Positions 26,850-39,060 of a stretch of DNA of 64,000 nt are shown in pieces (the stretch's first letter is position 1; the number at the start of each line of letters is the position of its first letter). The stretch spans positions 162,380,001 through 162,444,000 of the forward strand of contig NC_086097.1 of assembly GCF_963921235.1 (NCBI RefSeq), written 5' to 3'. The position numbers and the translations under genes were made by a program. Source of the DNA: Mobula hypostoma (Eukaryota). The notes beneath the pieces were generated by a model. The model ran no database searches. It was given only the letters and a program-made list of their open reading frames with translations, and was not told the origin of the DNA.

Positions 26850-28585
26850 CCAGCTATCTCTTGTGGACAAAGACAGCTCCAATGCCATATTCAAGTTTGC
26901 TATTGGCACCACTGTTGAAAGCAAAATCAAAGATGGTAGTGAATCAGCATAAAGGAGGGAGATTAAAGATCTGGCTAAGTGGTGTCATAACAACAACCTC
27001 TTACTCAATATCAACAAGATCAAGGAGCTGGTTATAGACTTCAGGAGAAGGAAACTAAAGGTCTATGAGCAGACCTCAGAGGATTAGAGATGGGTTAGCA
27101 ACTTTAAATTCCTAGCTTTTGTTATTACGGAGGACTTAGCTTGGGTGCAGCACAATTACAAAAAAAATTCACGGTAGTGCCTCTGCTTCCTTAGGAGTTT
27201 GTGGAGATTCAGCATTACATCTAAAACTTTGACAAACTTCTATAGGATGTGGAGTGGATAGTACATTGACTGGCTGTATCACAGTCTGGTACAGAAACAT
27301 CAGAATCAGGTTTATTATCACCAGCATGTGTTGTGAAATTTGTTAACTTAGCAGCAGTAGTTCAATGCAGTACATAATATAGAAGAAGAAAAAATAACAA
27401 TGACAATAAATAAGTAAATCAATTACAGTATATGTATATCAAATAGATTAAAAATCGTGCAAAAAATAAGAAATAGTATATATTTTAAAAAGTGAGGTGG
27501 TATTCACAGGTTCAATGTCCATTTAGGAATCAGATAGCAGAGAGAAAGAAGCTGTTCCTGAATTGCTGAGTGTGTGCCTTCAGGCTTCTGTTCCTCCTAC
27601 TTGATGGTAACAGTGAGAAAAGGGCATGCCCTGAGTGCTGGAGGTTCTTAATAATGGATGCTGCCTTTCTGAGACACCACTCCTTGAAGATGTCCTGGGT
27701 ACTTTGCAGGCTAGTACCCAGATGGAGCCGACTAACTTTACAACCTTCTGCAAGTTTTTTCGGTCCTGTGCCCACCCACCCCCTTACCAGACAGTGGTGC
27801 AGCCTGTTAGAGTGCTCTCCATGGTACATCTATAAAAGTTTTTGATTGTGTTTGTTGACATACCAATTCTCTTTAAACTCTTAATGAAGTATAGTCACTG
27901 TCTTGCCTTCTTTATAACTGCATCAATAAGTTAGAACCAGGTTAGGTTCTCAGAGATCTTGACACCCAAGAGCTTGAAACTGCTTACTCTTTCCACTTCT
28001 GATCCCTCTGTGGATTAGTATGTGTTCCTTCGTCTTGCCCTTCCTGAAGTCCACAATCAGCTCTTATATGGAGAATTCTGCAAAAAGTAGTGGACATGGC
28101 CATCATGGGTAAAGCCCTCCCCACCATTGAGCACATCTGCATTAAACACTTCTGCAAGAAAGCAGCTTTCATCATCAGGAACCCCCACCACCCAGGACAT
28201 GCTTCTTTCTCCCTGCTGCCATCAGAATGAAGATATAGGAGCCACAGGTCACACACTAGCAGTTTCAGGAACAGTTACTACACCTCAACCATCAGACTCT
28301 TGAACCAAAAGGGATAACTTCACTTACCCATTCACTGAAATGTTCCCACAACCAATGGATTAATTTTCAAGGACTCTTTGTCTCACATTCTTTATTGCTT
28401 ATTTATTATTATTTATTCTTTTTATATTTACACAATTGTCTTCTGCACTCTCGTTGTACAACCTAGTTGGGCAGTCATTCATTGATTCTGTTAGCGTTAT
28501 CATTCTGTAGATTTATTCAGTATGGCCGCAAGAAAATGAATCTCAGTTGTATATGGTGACATGTATATACTTTGATAATAACATT
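26850..28585. mobile_element. Nested Rex/Babar-like LINE fragments (+ copy interrupted by a - copy at ~27300-28060)
   Basis: Clear similarity to 15183-16415 in both orientations. Confidence 0.7.
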
Positions 28586-29783
28586 TGCTTTTTTCACTGT
28601 ACCTTAGTAAGTGCGATAATTTACCAACTTGTGCTTCCCACGAACCTAAGCAGTCTTTCCAGATAACACAGCAATTCCCTTGCATTTCCAACCTAGAGTA
28701 CTACACTTAGTGTTCACATTGTGGTCTTCATTAGAGAAGCAATGTGTAGACTGGGTGAGCTGCATTCATCTTTTTGTTCCCTTGAGAGTGGGGAACATGC
28801 CTTACTTGAACATGTTCCTGCTCTGTATTTTGCAACTCCTACATTCTTTTGAATGTTATGTGTTCTCACTGTTCTCATTCATTCACTGACCAGATAAACT
28901 TTGTTTACAATGTATTCTTATGGTCACACTTGTTTTACCCTTTCATAGATACCCTCTCTCCCTGCAGCTTAGCTAGCTTTTTGTTTCCTTCCCAAGTTCT
29001 GATGAAGAGACTTCAACCTTCAACTTCGTTCTCTTCCTTGAGATGGTCTGCCTTGCTGTATATTTCTAGCTTTCCTGCTTTTATTAAGAATTAAATATGC
29101 ACAACTTTCCTAATCCTTTTTTTTTAACCAACTGAAAGAAAGTAGACATCTCCAATACCTGTTAATGTGATGTATGTGATCGCAAGCTTCCATGCAAAAC
29201 TTCCAAGGTAGTTTTGTGTACTTTGAGAAATTGTTAAACTGGTATCTATCTGAAATGCCAGTTTTGTTTCAGATAGCCGACCAATTAAACAAAATAATCT
29301 AGCAAAATAGAAGATACAATGCCCCAGCAGATTATATTTTCCATATGTTGTAGGTGATTTCGGAGAGAGCAGAGGTATGACGGATATGCTGGAATCAGTG
29401 CTGCTTTGGGGACTAGCCCCTTCAGTTCGTTCTGCTCTCTAGTGTTTGCACCTGTGATAACAAGCTGGATTGCGTTCAGCTGCACTTGTGCGTGATGAGG
29501 AACTGCTGCCTGCTTGTTCTTGCAGAAATGTGGCTCCAAAGCAACGTCAACCTTCAGGCCAAGCCACTTGGGGACTTGGTCTACACATTTTTTGTGACTG
29601 AATGTATTTCCGCTATCGTACTGTGTTTTGCAACTTGGCCCCAAAGGAACACTGTTTCCTTTACCTGTATGCATGTGTATAGTTGAATGAAAATTCAATT
29701 TGAATTTGAACTTGTATGTTGAGTAAGAATAGAGAAATAATTTTAGTTAAAATGTGAGGTTAATAATTAAACTTGCCTTTCAG

Positions 29784-29983
29784 GGAACCAGCCGACCATC
29801 TCACTACCACGTACTATGGGATGATAATCGTTTCAATGCTGATGAACTTCAAATTCTTACATATCAACTTTGCCACACATATGTGCGATGCACACGGTCA
29901 GTTTCTATCCCAGCACCAGCCTATTATGCTCATTTGGTTGCTTTTCGTGCCAGGTATCATTTGGTGGACAAGGAACATGATAG
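29784..29983 (+). CDS. AGO2: Argonaute-2 exon (PIWI, catalytic His)
   Basis: tcag|GGA...GAT AG|gtgagt; 200 nt; [66 protein letters not shown]. Confidence 0.96.
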
Positions 29984-31776
29984 GTGAGTAAAATTTACTT
30001 TTTTGGTTGTTCTCTAAGTTGTATGCTCAGTAAGATGAAGACTGACAACATTATTAACATCAAGTGTTTTCAGCTGAGAAAGAAAAACAACATAGTTAGA
30101 AGAGGAATGTCACCAAGCATCAAAAACATGTTTTAGCAAAAGGCAGAAAGACAAAAGTGTCTGCTCAATTTTGACTCTTTGATTCAAAATTTCACAAACC
30201 CATGCTAATTTAATGTCTAAAATTCAGATCGTTAATTGGCTGCTTGTAATTAATGAAAGGAAAACTGAATTGCAGTGGATGGGTAAAATTTAATGAGTGG
30301 CTGCACTTATCTGATTCAAATTAAGTAAAATTTCATTGTGAAAATGTTCATATTTGGGAGTTGGGAAAATGAAGTAAAAATTTACTTAGGATACTTGACA
30401 GTATCGACTTAAAGACATTATCTGAACTGGCTGAGCCCTAAAGGTGCAATTGTTTGATGGGTATATAATGGGTAGTAAGTAAAACACTTAGTTACAATGG
30501 CAATGGTTCAGAGGAGTGTAGACTCATTCAGCGACATCACAAGCATAAATCTCTTCACAACAGAGGACACCTTCAGAAGCCAGTACCTCAAAAGGCAGTA
30601 TCCATCATTAAGGACCCTCACCAACCGGGACATGCCCTTCTCTCATTAATATCATCAGGGAGGAGGTACAGGAGCCTGAAGACATTCAACGTTAAGAATA
30701 GCTGCTTCCTCTCTACCATCAAATTTTTGAATGGTCCTTGAACAGCACCTTGCTATTCCTCTTTTGCACTACCTCCTGTACCTAATAAAGTGGCCCATGA
30801 GTATATCTTCCCTTCTTTAACAAGGTGTTTTAGCCCACAGAACTGCCGCAAATTGGATGCTTTTGTTTTTCACACCATTCTCTGTAAACTCTAGAGAGTG
30901 TTATGCATGAAAATCAAAGCTTGGTACTCCTCCCTTCTCTACTTGGTAGTCGAATAAACAAGTAATGGGAGGAGATGGCTGTCTTGGTCCCAGTATTTGA
31001 GTGTCAAAGTAAAGGATGAAGCATTTGCAACAATATTTATCCAGAAGTGCCAAATAAATGAGCCATTTGCTTTTTCTGAAATTCTCACCCCAAAAAAAAA
31101 TTCAGTTGCTTTAATTCCACATAAAATAGCTGAGAGCACGGAACACCACAAAGTTTTGGGATCAAATAATATTCCATTTTGTAGTATGGAATATTTGTAC
31201 TTCAGATATTACTGTACTTTTAGCAAAAACTGTTTCAGCACAGTTATCTACATAACAATGTCAAATATTACCCAGTTATAAAGTTATTACTACAAAGAGA
31301 ACCAAAAAAAGACCACGGCTCTTTTCTGTTAGGGAAAGAACCAGCGATGATCTAATAAAGAGGTTCAAAATTATGCATGGTTTTGTTGAATTGGATGTTG
31401 CCATTATGGAGAATCCAAAGCTGAATTATAAACGTGGTTATTACTATGGTAATTTGGAGAAAACTCTTAACTCAGGAGTGGTTAAAGTGCTGAACATTAC
31501 CAAATTATGTGGTTAAGGTACATTGAGATTAAGGCAAGTTAGTCAAGGATAAAAGGTTAGCAGAATATGAATTTAGAGTTGAACAATTAATAATGGCTTT
31601 GCCAGTTATTCCCAGGTCCTAAAGAAATGAATAAATTGCAAACATCAAGCAAATGTTGAGATTTTGTGTGGACCTGCCATAAACAATTTGTGTGAAAAAT
31701 TTCTGTGATATTAGTTCAATGCAATTCATTAGTTTATTCATTCTCAACTAATGTTGTATTTCCTTTTGCTTTTCAG

Positions 31777-31885
31777 TGCTGAAGGAAGTCACACGTCTGG
31801 TCAGAGTAATGGTAGAGATCAGCAAGCTCTAGCTAAAGCTGTGCAGGTTCACCAGGACACACTGCGCACTATGTATTTTGCTTGA
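31777..31885 (+). CDS. AGO2: Argonaute-2 last coding exon
   Basis: ttcag|T GCT...[42 protein letters not shown]; the HTSG and [11 protein letters not shown] motifs are AGO2-type. Confidence 0.96.
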
Positions 31886-34800
31886 CAGGTGTCTTTGGTT
31901 GGAATTTCTGAAGAGTTGGGCAAAGACAAGACTAGCTGCACTTCACCAGCAACGTAGTGAAGAATGATTTGCTATTTATGTTGCTGTGTACAATGCCATA
32001 CTCTTGCAACCTCCTTCAATTATGAGGTTCTGTGTTACACAGTAGTGTGTATATCACACCACCTGTAATGTTTTCCTTCTGAAGAGCAAAAGCATGAATA
32101 TTTGGAGGTTTGTGATAATCATATCAGCACATATCTCCACTAATGCAATCTAATTATATGCAGCCTATTGGACTTGAACCTGGTAAAAAACTTTTTGAAG
32201 GAAATGCTTCTGGATGCATCAAAGTCTGCATTAGTAACTGCATATTTGATTGAGATTTGTTTCAAGTGATGTAAGAGTTTAGAGGATGGTGTGACTCTCT
32301 AAAGACATATCCCATTTGTTGGCTTCAAATGGCAGAATTTTGAGTTTCAAAATTGTACATTAATGGCATTCCTTTTATTAGACCTGGAGTTTTATCCAGT
32401 CGATTCAGATAAGACTACTGTAATACAGTACTGTGAAATATGGCAATCTTGCGTCAGAATGGGGGAAAAGGTCTTTTAACACTGAAAATAAATTTATGAA
32501 CAGTGAGGTTTTTTTTTTCATTTTAGCACAAACAGTATATTGTGTAGCTCTGACTTTCTCAACAGATTGCCACCAGAAGGCATGCAGACTTTTTAAGGTG
32601 TGTTCAGTAGAAAATATTGTGTATTTGAAGCAATTAATCTTTGGAGACAATCTATAAAACATTAACTAGACCAGATGGGCACTATTTTATATATTGAGCT
32701 AAAGTCTCTTGATATTTTTGTAGGATGCTGCAGTTAATCAGTTCTCAACTCTTGATACAGTAATGCTTATGATACAAATTGAGTATTTTTATGCTATGGT
32801 TGGTTTGCCATGACTGTGGCCTGCTGCCAAATTGGACATAGGGATTGCCATGCCAATTGCTTCACCTATTTCAGTTCAATGGTTACAGGGCATATGAGAA
32901 CTATTAAAAATGTAAACGTTGAGAATGAAGTAAATTTCTGAACTACCTCGCGGTTGCCCTCATGTCAGCAAAAACAGAATGTGCACACACCACAGTCATA
33001 TTAGAAAAGCAGCTCTAAGATGGTGCTAGGTTTTTGCTAAGAGACATTTCTTTTAATGGTGGTCATCTAATTTAAGCAAACTATTTCATGGATAAACTTT
33101 GTCACAGATTGAAGCCAAACATTTCTGACTGATTTTCTGATATCTTTTTGATGGCCTATATGCACTTGTTAAGTGGCTAAAAAATTTTTTAAACATACCT
33201 CAACTCTTCAGCAAATTTTAAATATCATATGTGACTAGCATAAATTTCAGTGTTAGCAACCTATTTATATGGCCATAAGTGAAAACTATATTGCACAATG
33301 ATCTCATTTGGGCAAAATATTTTCTTTTTGAAGTTAGTGTAACAAGTGTAGATAGAAGCAACTGTGTTGTAAAAGAGTTTTAGTAAGCTTTTCGTATTTC
33401 TAAACAGTATATGACAATGGTACTCTGTAGAGATGTCACAAGGCTGCAGTTCATTACAACACTGGGAATATTTTTGCCAAGTATTTTGAGGCAAAGAATT
33501 TTCAAAATTCTTCCATTATTGAAATATATTTCTTGATGGACTGATAAAATGTCCTTAGTAATTCTGAAAAGATTAGAGATAATAAAAGAACCCAGTAAAT
33601 GTTAAAGCGTTTATTTTTAAAGTAGTGAGACTGCAGAGTAATTATGAAAATCTGAGCACGTTCAGATTTATGTTTATGATATTTCCTTAGTCCTGACACT
33701 AAAGCATTCAAGTTATAGCTTGGAAGACTCAAGTTCAAGCCCGAGTTCTTACTGACCTTTCCACTTCGATTTCCTGTATTATGCAGGTTTTGACAGTTCC
33801 AGAGGGAATGTTTTTTGGGAGTGGAAACTTGCCAGAAAGCTCAGATATATTCATCTATTGTGTTAGCCAGGAAGAGGTTTATCAGTGTATTTTCAAATGT
33901 ATGGGGTTAATAATCTCAAAATTAAGATATAAAAATGTGACTAATGAATAGCAACAGCATAGCGAATTCTCAGGGCTTTAAATACACTACATATTTTACA
34001 GTAAGATAGACTATTTCAAATTTTAAAAAAACATTGGTCAAACTAAATTATAGAAATGCAACATTTCACTGGAATTGGGGCATGCATGAATGGCTAAATT
34101 TTAGAAATACTTTAGCATAATATATGACAGTATGTAAACATTTTGCATTTGTTTTATTTTAAGGATATAGTATAATCTCAGACTTGAGGCCCTCAGCAGT
34201 TCTTACCAAAGGTATATCTTAGTTATTTGAACTGCTTGGGTTTTTTTTTATAATTGAGCTACCACAAGAAGGTAAAATTTGAAGAGATCTGTAATAACAA
34301 AGTTCCATTTTATTTAGAAATGCAATCATTACATTCAGCGCTGTTTTCTTTTAGGGCATGTTACACAGCACTTATTGAAACTAGTTATTTCTGATCAAAC
34401 TCAGTTGTTTTAAGTAAAATAAATTCAAAATAAAATTGGTAAACGGATGTGTACAGCTTTAGAGATTTTGGAAGATATATTGCCATAAAGTTTTTTTTTC
34501 CTATTCTTGCAGTAGCCATTGACTATGATAGGCTATTGTTTTGGAACTGGACAATCCTGAGATCTGTAACTCTGTTCCTGTTTCCAGGACAGATTTTAGT
34601 TATTAAAGTGTCCTTAGCTATAAAGCAATCTCTAACCAGCACTATTGAAAAGTTTACATCTTGCTTCAAAGTTATGGGTGCTACTGTGAACTGGCCCCTG
34701 CATTCTGTTTATGCATTGCATACTGACAGTGATATTTATAGTAAATCAAAGAAAACAGATCATTATTAGAATGCAGATGTTATGATCTGTGCAAACAACA

Positions 34801-37800
34801 GCTCTTTGAGAATTTATTGCAGTCACTGCCATTTGAGAAACAATTGATGCTGCAATTGGGTGATGTAATCTGCCTTATAAATTACTGCCATTGGTGGCCA
34901 ACATTAATTTTTGGGATAGTTATTCTAATCTATAAAATTGTAGATAAAGAGCTAGATTGTAAAATTGTTTAGAATTTTAAGCATGTAGCAGAATTCAACA
35001 TTGAATGATTAGCATTTTCTATTGTAAATGTTATTGTGTGTAATTAAAATATTAGTGCTTATAATTTTGTAACCTTCAATGTAAACAATTTGTGTAAAAT
35101 TTAAAGGACAACAAAAGTTTGTTTTTAGCTGAGACTTGCTTAAATTGTTTTGCCATATCTTTGCAGTGGCATTTAAAAATCATATTGACATGAGGTGTAT
35201 AAAATGGGTTTCTGAAAATTAAGTTGCAATCTTTGTAAGCATAAAATACTGTTTCCTTTTTTTGAGAGTCTTTGTATTAAAGACTATCTAGCCTATGTGG
35301 CCTTTACATGTAAAAAAAAATCAGATCACATAAAACCTGGCCAGATATGTATGTTGAAACTATTTTTTAAAAATTTCAATTCTAACTTAATGGCTCCACT
35401 TAATGGCATTAATACAACTTGCAGCACGGATCAAGCAATGTGTAATACATAATCGTGCACTTTCTACAAACCTTTCTATTGGTCAGCGGTGCTAAAAATA
35501 AGCTGGGTCTTGTATAGTTTTGATTTTTTTAAATTTTTATCTACCAAAAGAACATGTGCTAATATCTTAAAGAAGTGCATAAAGATGGAAGCAAGTAGAT
35601 GTCCCCTTCCTCTACATAAAACGTCAGTTACTTATGACCAAAACACAGTGATCACTGACAAGGCGTTAGAAATTCAAGTCTGCTATTTAAACAAATTTAT
35701 TTTTTGCAGTTTTAGATTATAGTCCTTGGGTTAATAAATAGTAACCTGGAGATTTTATCTAAAATTATGTTTGCATTTTAACTTTCTAAGTGGTGGAATA
35801 GCAATTAAATTGTATTTGTAGCAATTTGTCTTACCCAAACTTCATGACTCTGATCCAGTATTGGACTTGATGCTTCAGTGAAGAATTATTCAATGCACAT
35901 TTCATTATATTAATATAAACACATTTACTGTCATCCATGCCTAAATGACCTCCAGTAATAATTTGGGCTCAACTTAAATCATATTATGCTTTGGAATGAT
36001 AAGAAATTATTCAGTAAATGTAGGGAGATGCAGGAACCCCACTGATTGGATCTTGGGACACATTTCATAGTCCCAAGGCTCTGTTGTGCAAAATGTATAG
36101 ATCTGTATGTTAATAATTATAATTAATAGTAGGACTGTCATTTGATATTGCTGCCATTTGTATTATGATGGATTGTTTTATTGTATTCTCGCCCTCCTTC
36201 ATCTCCATTGCCATTTGAGAAGTTCGTGGTCTTGCAGAAAGGTCCTGATCTTGCCCTTTCTGCTTTGTTCAGAACTGTGGTGCTGCCAATTATTTTCATT
36301 TGAGAGTTTTAATATTAGATTTATTGACCGATTATTTCCACCTTAAAGCTTTGATCATACGTTGATGCAAGACAGATCAGATTGTAGTAGCAGAGTTGTC
36401 AGCTGAAACCTGATTCTTGAAAAATATTCAGTGTTTTTTAAATTGAGCAGACAAACTGTATTAAGCAGCTTATGTGTCATTTGGCACTTTAAAAAAATAA
36501 TGCAACAAGCAAATCTTCCATCATGCTGTCATACAAAATGTAAAAGGTGCTTTGGAAATGTCAGTCAGATTATTTCTAAAATTCAGTTGTGTCATCTGTT
36601 TGCCTCTGATCAGAATAAACTCAATGGAAAACAACTGTAAGGCCACCTAAGAAACTGATGATTCACAGACCTTTTCATTTGCTTCAGAGATTACTTAGAG
36701 TTGAAGTGTAATTGTTGATTTTTTTTTAGAAATATTTCTTGTGGGAGGTCATGGTGAATTGGTGCCACGATGGCTGTTCAACCTTTTGTGTGGGTTGAGA
36801 GAACATCCTTTTATTTGGCCTGTATTTTTTCCAGAAATGTGAATCCAAACTCTATTTAATATTTGGTAAATGGCTTTAATATTAGTTTGTTTTAACACTG
36901 CACAAGAAGGGAACAAAAAAGAACTTGCATTTTTTTGTCCATTGTTAAAGCTGCTGTGCCTTTTCCTTTTGCTCCAATATCAGAGAAGCCTTTTCCAGCC
37001 AAACATTTTATTGCTATGTGGTGATAATCCGTATTTTGGAGAAAAAGGCACAGGATCTGTCAGCTTGCTAAAACTCAACCTTTGCTTTTTTCCTTTTGTT
37101 CCCCTTCACCACATTTTCCCACTCTCAGAAAAGTCTGGACCTACCTCAATATCTCTGCTGCATCCATAATTATGAAATGTATATCCCTGGTTCAAACTAT
37201 TACAAACCAAAATGAAAACTTTTAGTTATAAAAATTAATTTTGATTTGATACAAAGTTAGGCAAACAGTTCTTTTTTCCTTCAAGTTTATTAATAGTGCT
37301 TTATTTTGTTCTTTGTGCCTTGTGTAATCATCCCATTGCGTGTCAAAATCTGCTGAAGGGGTTAAATAGCAGTGTATGACGTGTACATAAACTGCTTAAG
37401 TGAACAAAATACATTGAAAACTTAATATATTTTGAGAAATTGTAAAACATCGTTATTTATGCTGCATTGAATGATCAGTATTGTTGCACTTTCTCAGCAG
37501 TCACTTATGCCATATGACAGCTGTTAACAATATATTGCGGATAAACGAGGTGATCCTGGACAATGACTTTAGAGGAAAGAATGCTACTTGTAAATCCTTA
37601 AGGCAAAAGAGGATTTAAAATATTATCGAGTACCTCAAAAGCCTGACATATGCTGCATTGATAAAATTTTGAGTATTCTTTTTTTTTTGCTGTTTTATTT
37701 GAATTGCACAAACTCATCTACCTTCTGTAACTACTGCAATTTAAGGTGTTGGCTTATTTTTTAGGGCACTGGTAGAATTGGGCACAAAGTGGACTTCCAA

Positions 37801-38200
37801 TTTTTTTCCCTTCATGCTTTTATGTTTTAGAATAGGATATGTTAGATCATAATTGAAAATTGTTTTCCAGATCTTTTAACCAGCACAACTAAGGTTTGTT
37901 ACTTAATCTAGTGTTTGTGGTCCATTTGCGCTTGAATGAGCAGTTTACACTCCTATAGCAATGAAGATTTGCATTGCTTGCAGTTTGTTTTTACTAATGT
38001 TCTGTAAATACTTTAGGTTAAAATTGTCCATTCCTTTTTGGTCAATATTTTTAATGAGCTGAATAACTATGCTGTAAACTGTTGACAAGATATGATGTAC
38101 AAGTATCATTATATATGAATTTGTGAATATAAAATATTAAATTTTTGACTAGCAGTATGGTATGAACATTTTAATAAATCTGTATCTTAAACCATTGTGT
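31886..38200 (+). other. Putative long AGO2 3'UTR
   Basis: AT-rich; no TE recognised by eye; many TGTA motifs; ATTAAA at 38136 and AATAAA at 38173 followed by TG/T-rich sequence. The end point is inferred. Confidence 0.55.
38173..38178 (+). terminator. Candidate AGO2 polyadenylation signal
   Basis: AATAAA followed by ttgtgttt/tgtcttgtgt; TE fragments resume shortly downstream. Confidence 0.5.
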
Positions 38201-38849
38201 TTAATTTGAATGTCTTGTGTTCTCAAAGTTACCCCTCATCTCTAAAATTTGGCCATTATTGCTGTTACGTGATCACTGTTATGATTGCCTCTTATGAAAA
38301 TTCTATAATTGCATAAATATAATTAAATATGGTATTTCAATACTACCACAATTTTAAGTACTGAAATGTATGTTACTGATGTCATCTTAAGATTTTAAGA
38401 CACTATTATAACTATCCCAGTATCAACTCATTGTAACCAAAATATAAACAATCCATCCGCTTGAAAACCCATTTAGTTTGTCTCTCCTAGCTCTTTAAGA
38501 GCAGTCCACATTAGTTCCACCTGCTTTTGACTATCACCCAATTCCAATTCCTCCAGTATCTATTTAAACTCCCTTTTAAGAGTGAAGACAACTTTGAAAG
38601 GGAGGAAGAACAAGATCTTTCTCACTCATCTCCCCCCTCAGATTCCACTACATCTGATAAAACAGTGATAATAAACCTTTTGCTACTGGTGTTAAATCTG
38701 CAGTTATTGGCTTAATTGCTCAATAGTTTTTCTCCTCTATTAGAACCTTGAAAACCTGTTCGGGCTCTCCATTCTAAGAATGTTCACGTCCTTTCCAAAC
38801 TCCTTACTAGTTCCTGTTTCATTTCAACTGTGGTGAACTGTTAGAAGTA

Positions 38850-39060
38850 AAAGAAAATCTGCAAATATTGGAAATCCGAGCAACTACCAAAAGTTGGAGA
38901 AATCTGTGTTCAACCCATCAGGTTGGAGGAATACAAGGTGTTTCTCCTCTGACTTGAGTGTGGCCTCATTGTGACAGTGGAGGAGGCCATGGACTGACAC
39001 GTGGGAATGGGAAGTGGAATTAAAATGGGTGGCCACTGGGAGATTCTGCTTTCTCTGTGA
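38850..39060 (-). mobile_element. Old Penelope-like GIY-YIG fragment
   Basis: QRKQNLPVATHFNSTSHS...QPDGLNTDFSNF. Confidence 0.75.

Noticed and set aside
31883..31957. Stop-codon readthrough (TGA-C, 23 codons to the next TAG) by analogy with AGO1x
   Set aside because: The context TGACAGGTG is not CTAG or CARYYA, and an extension this long is expected by chance.
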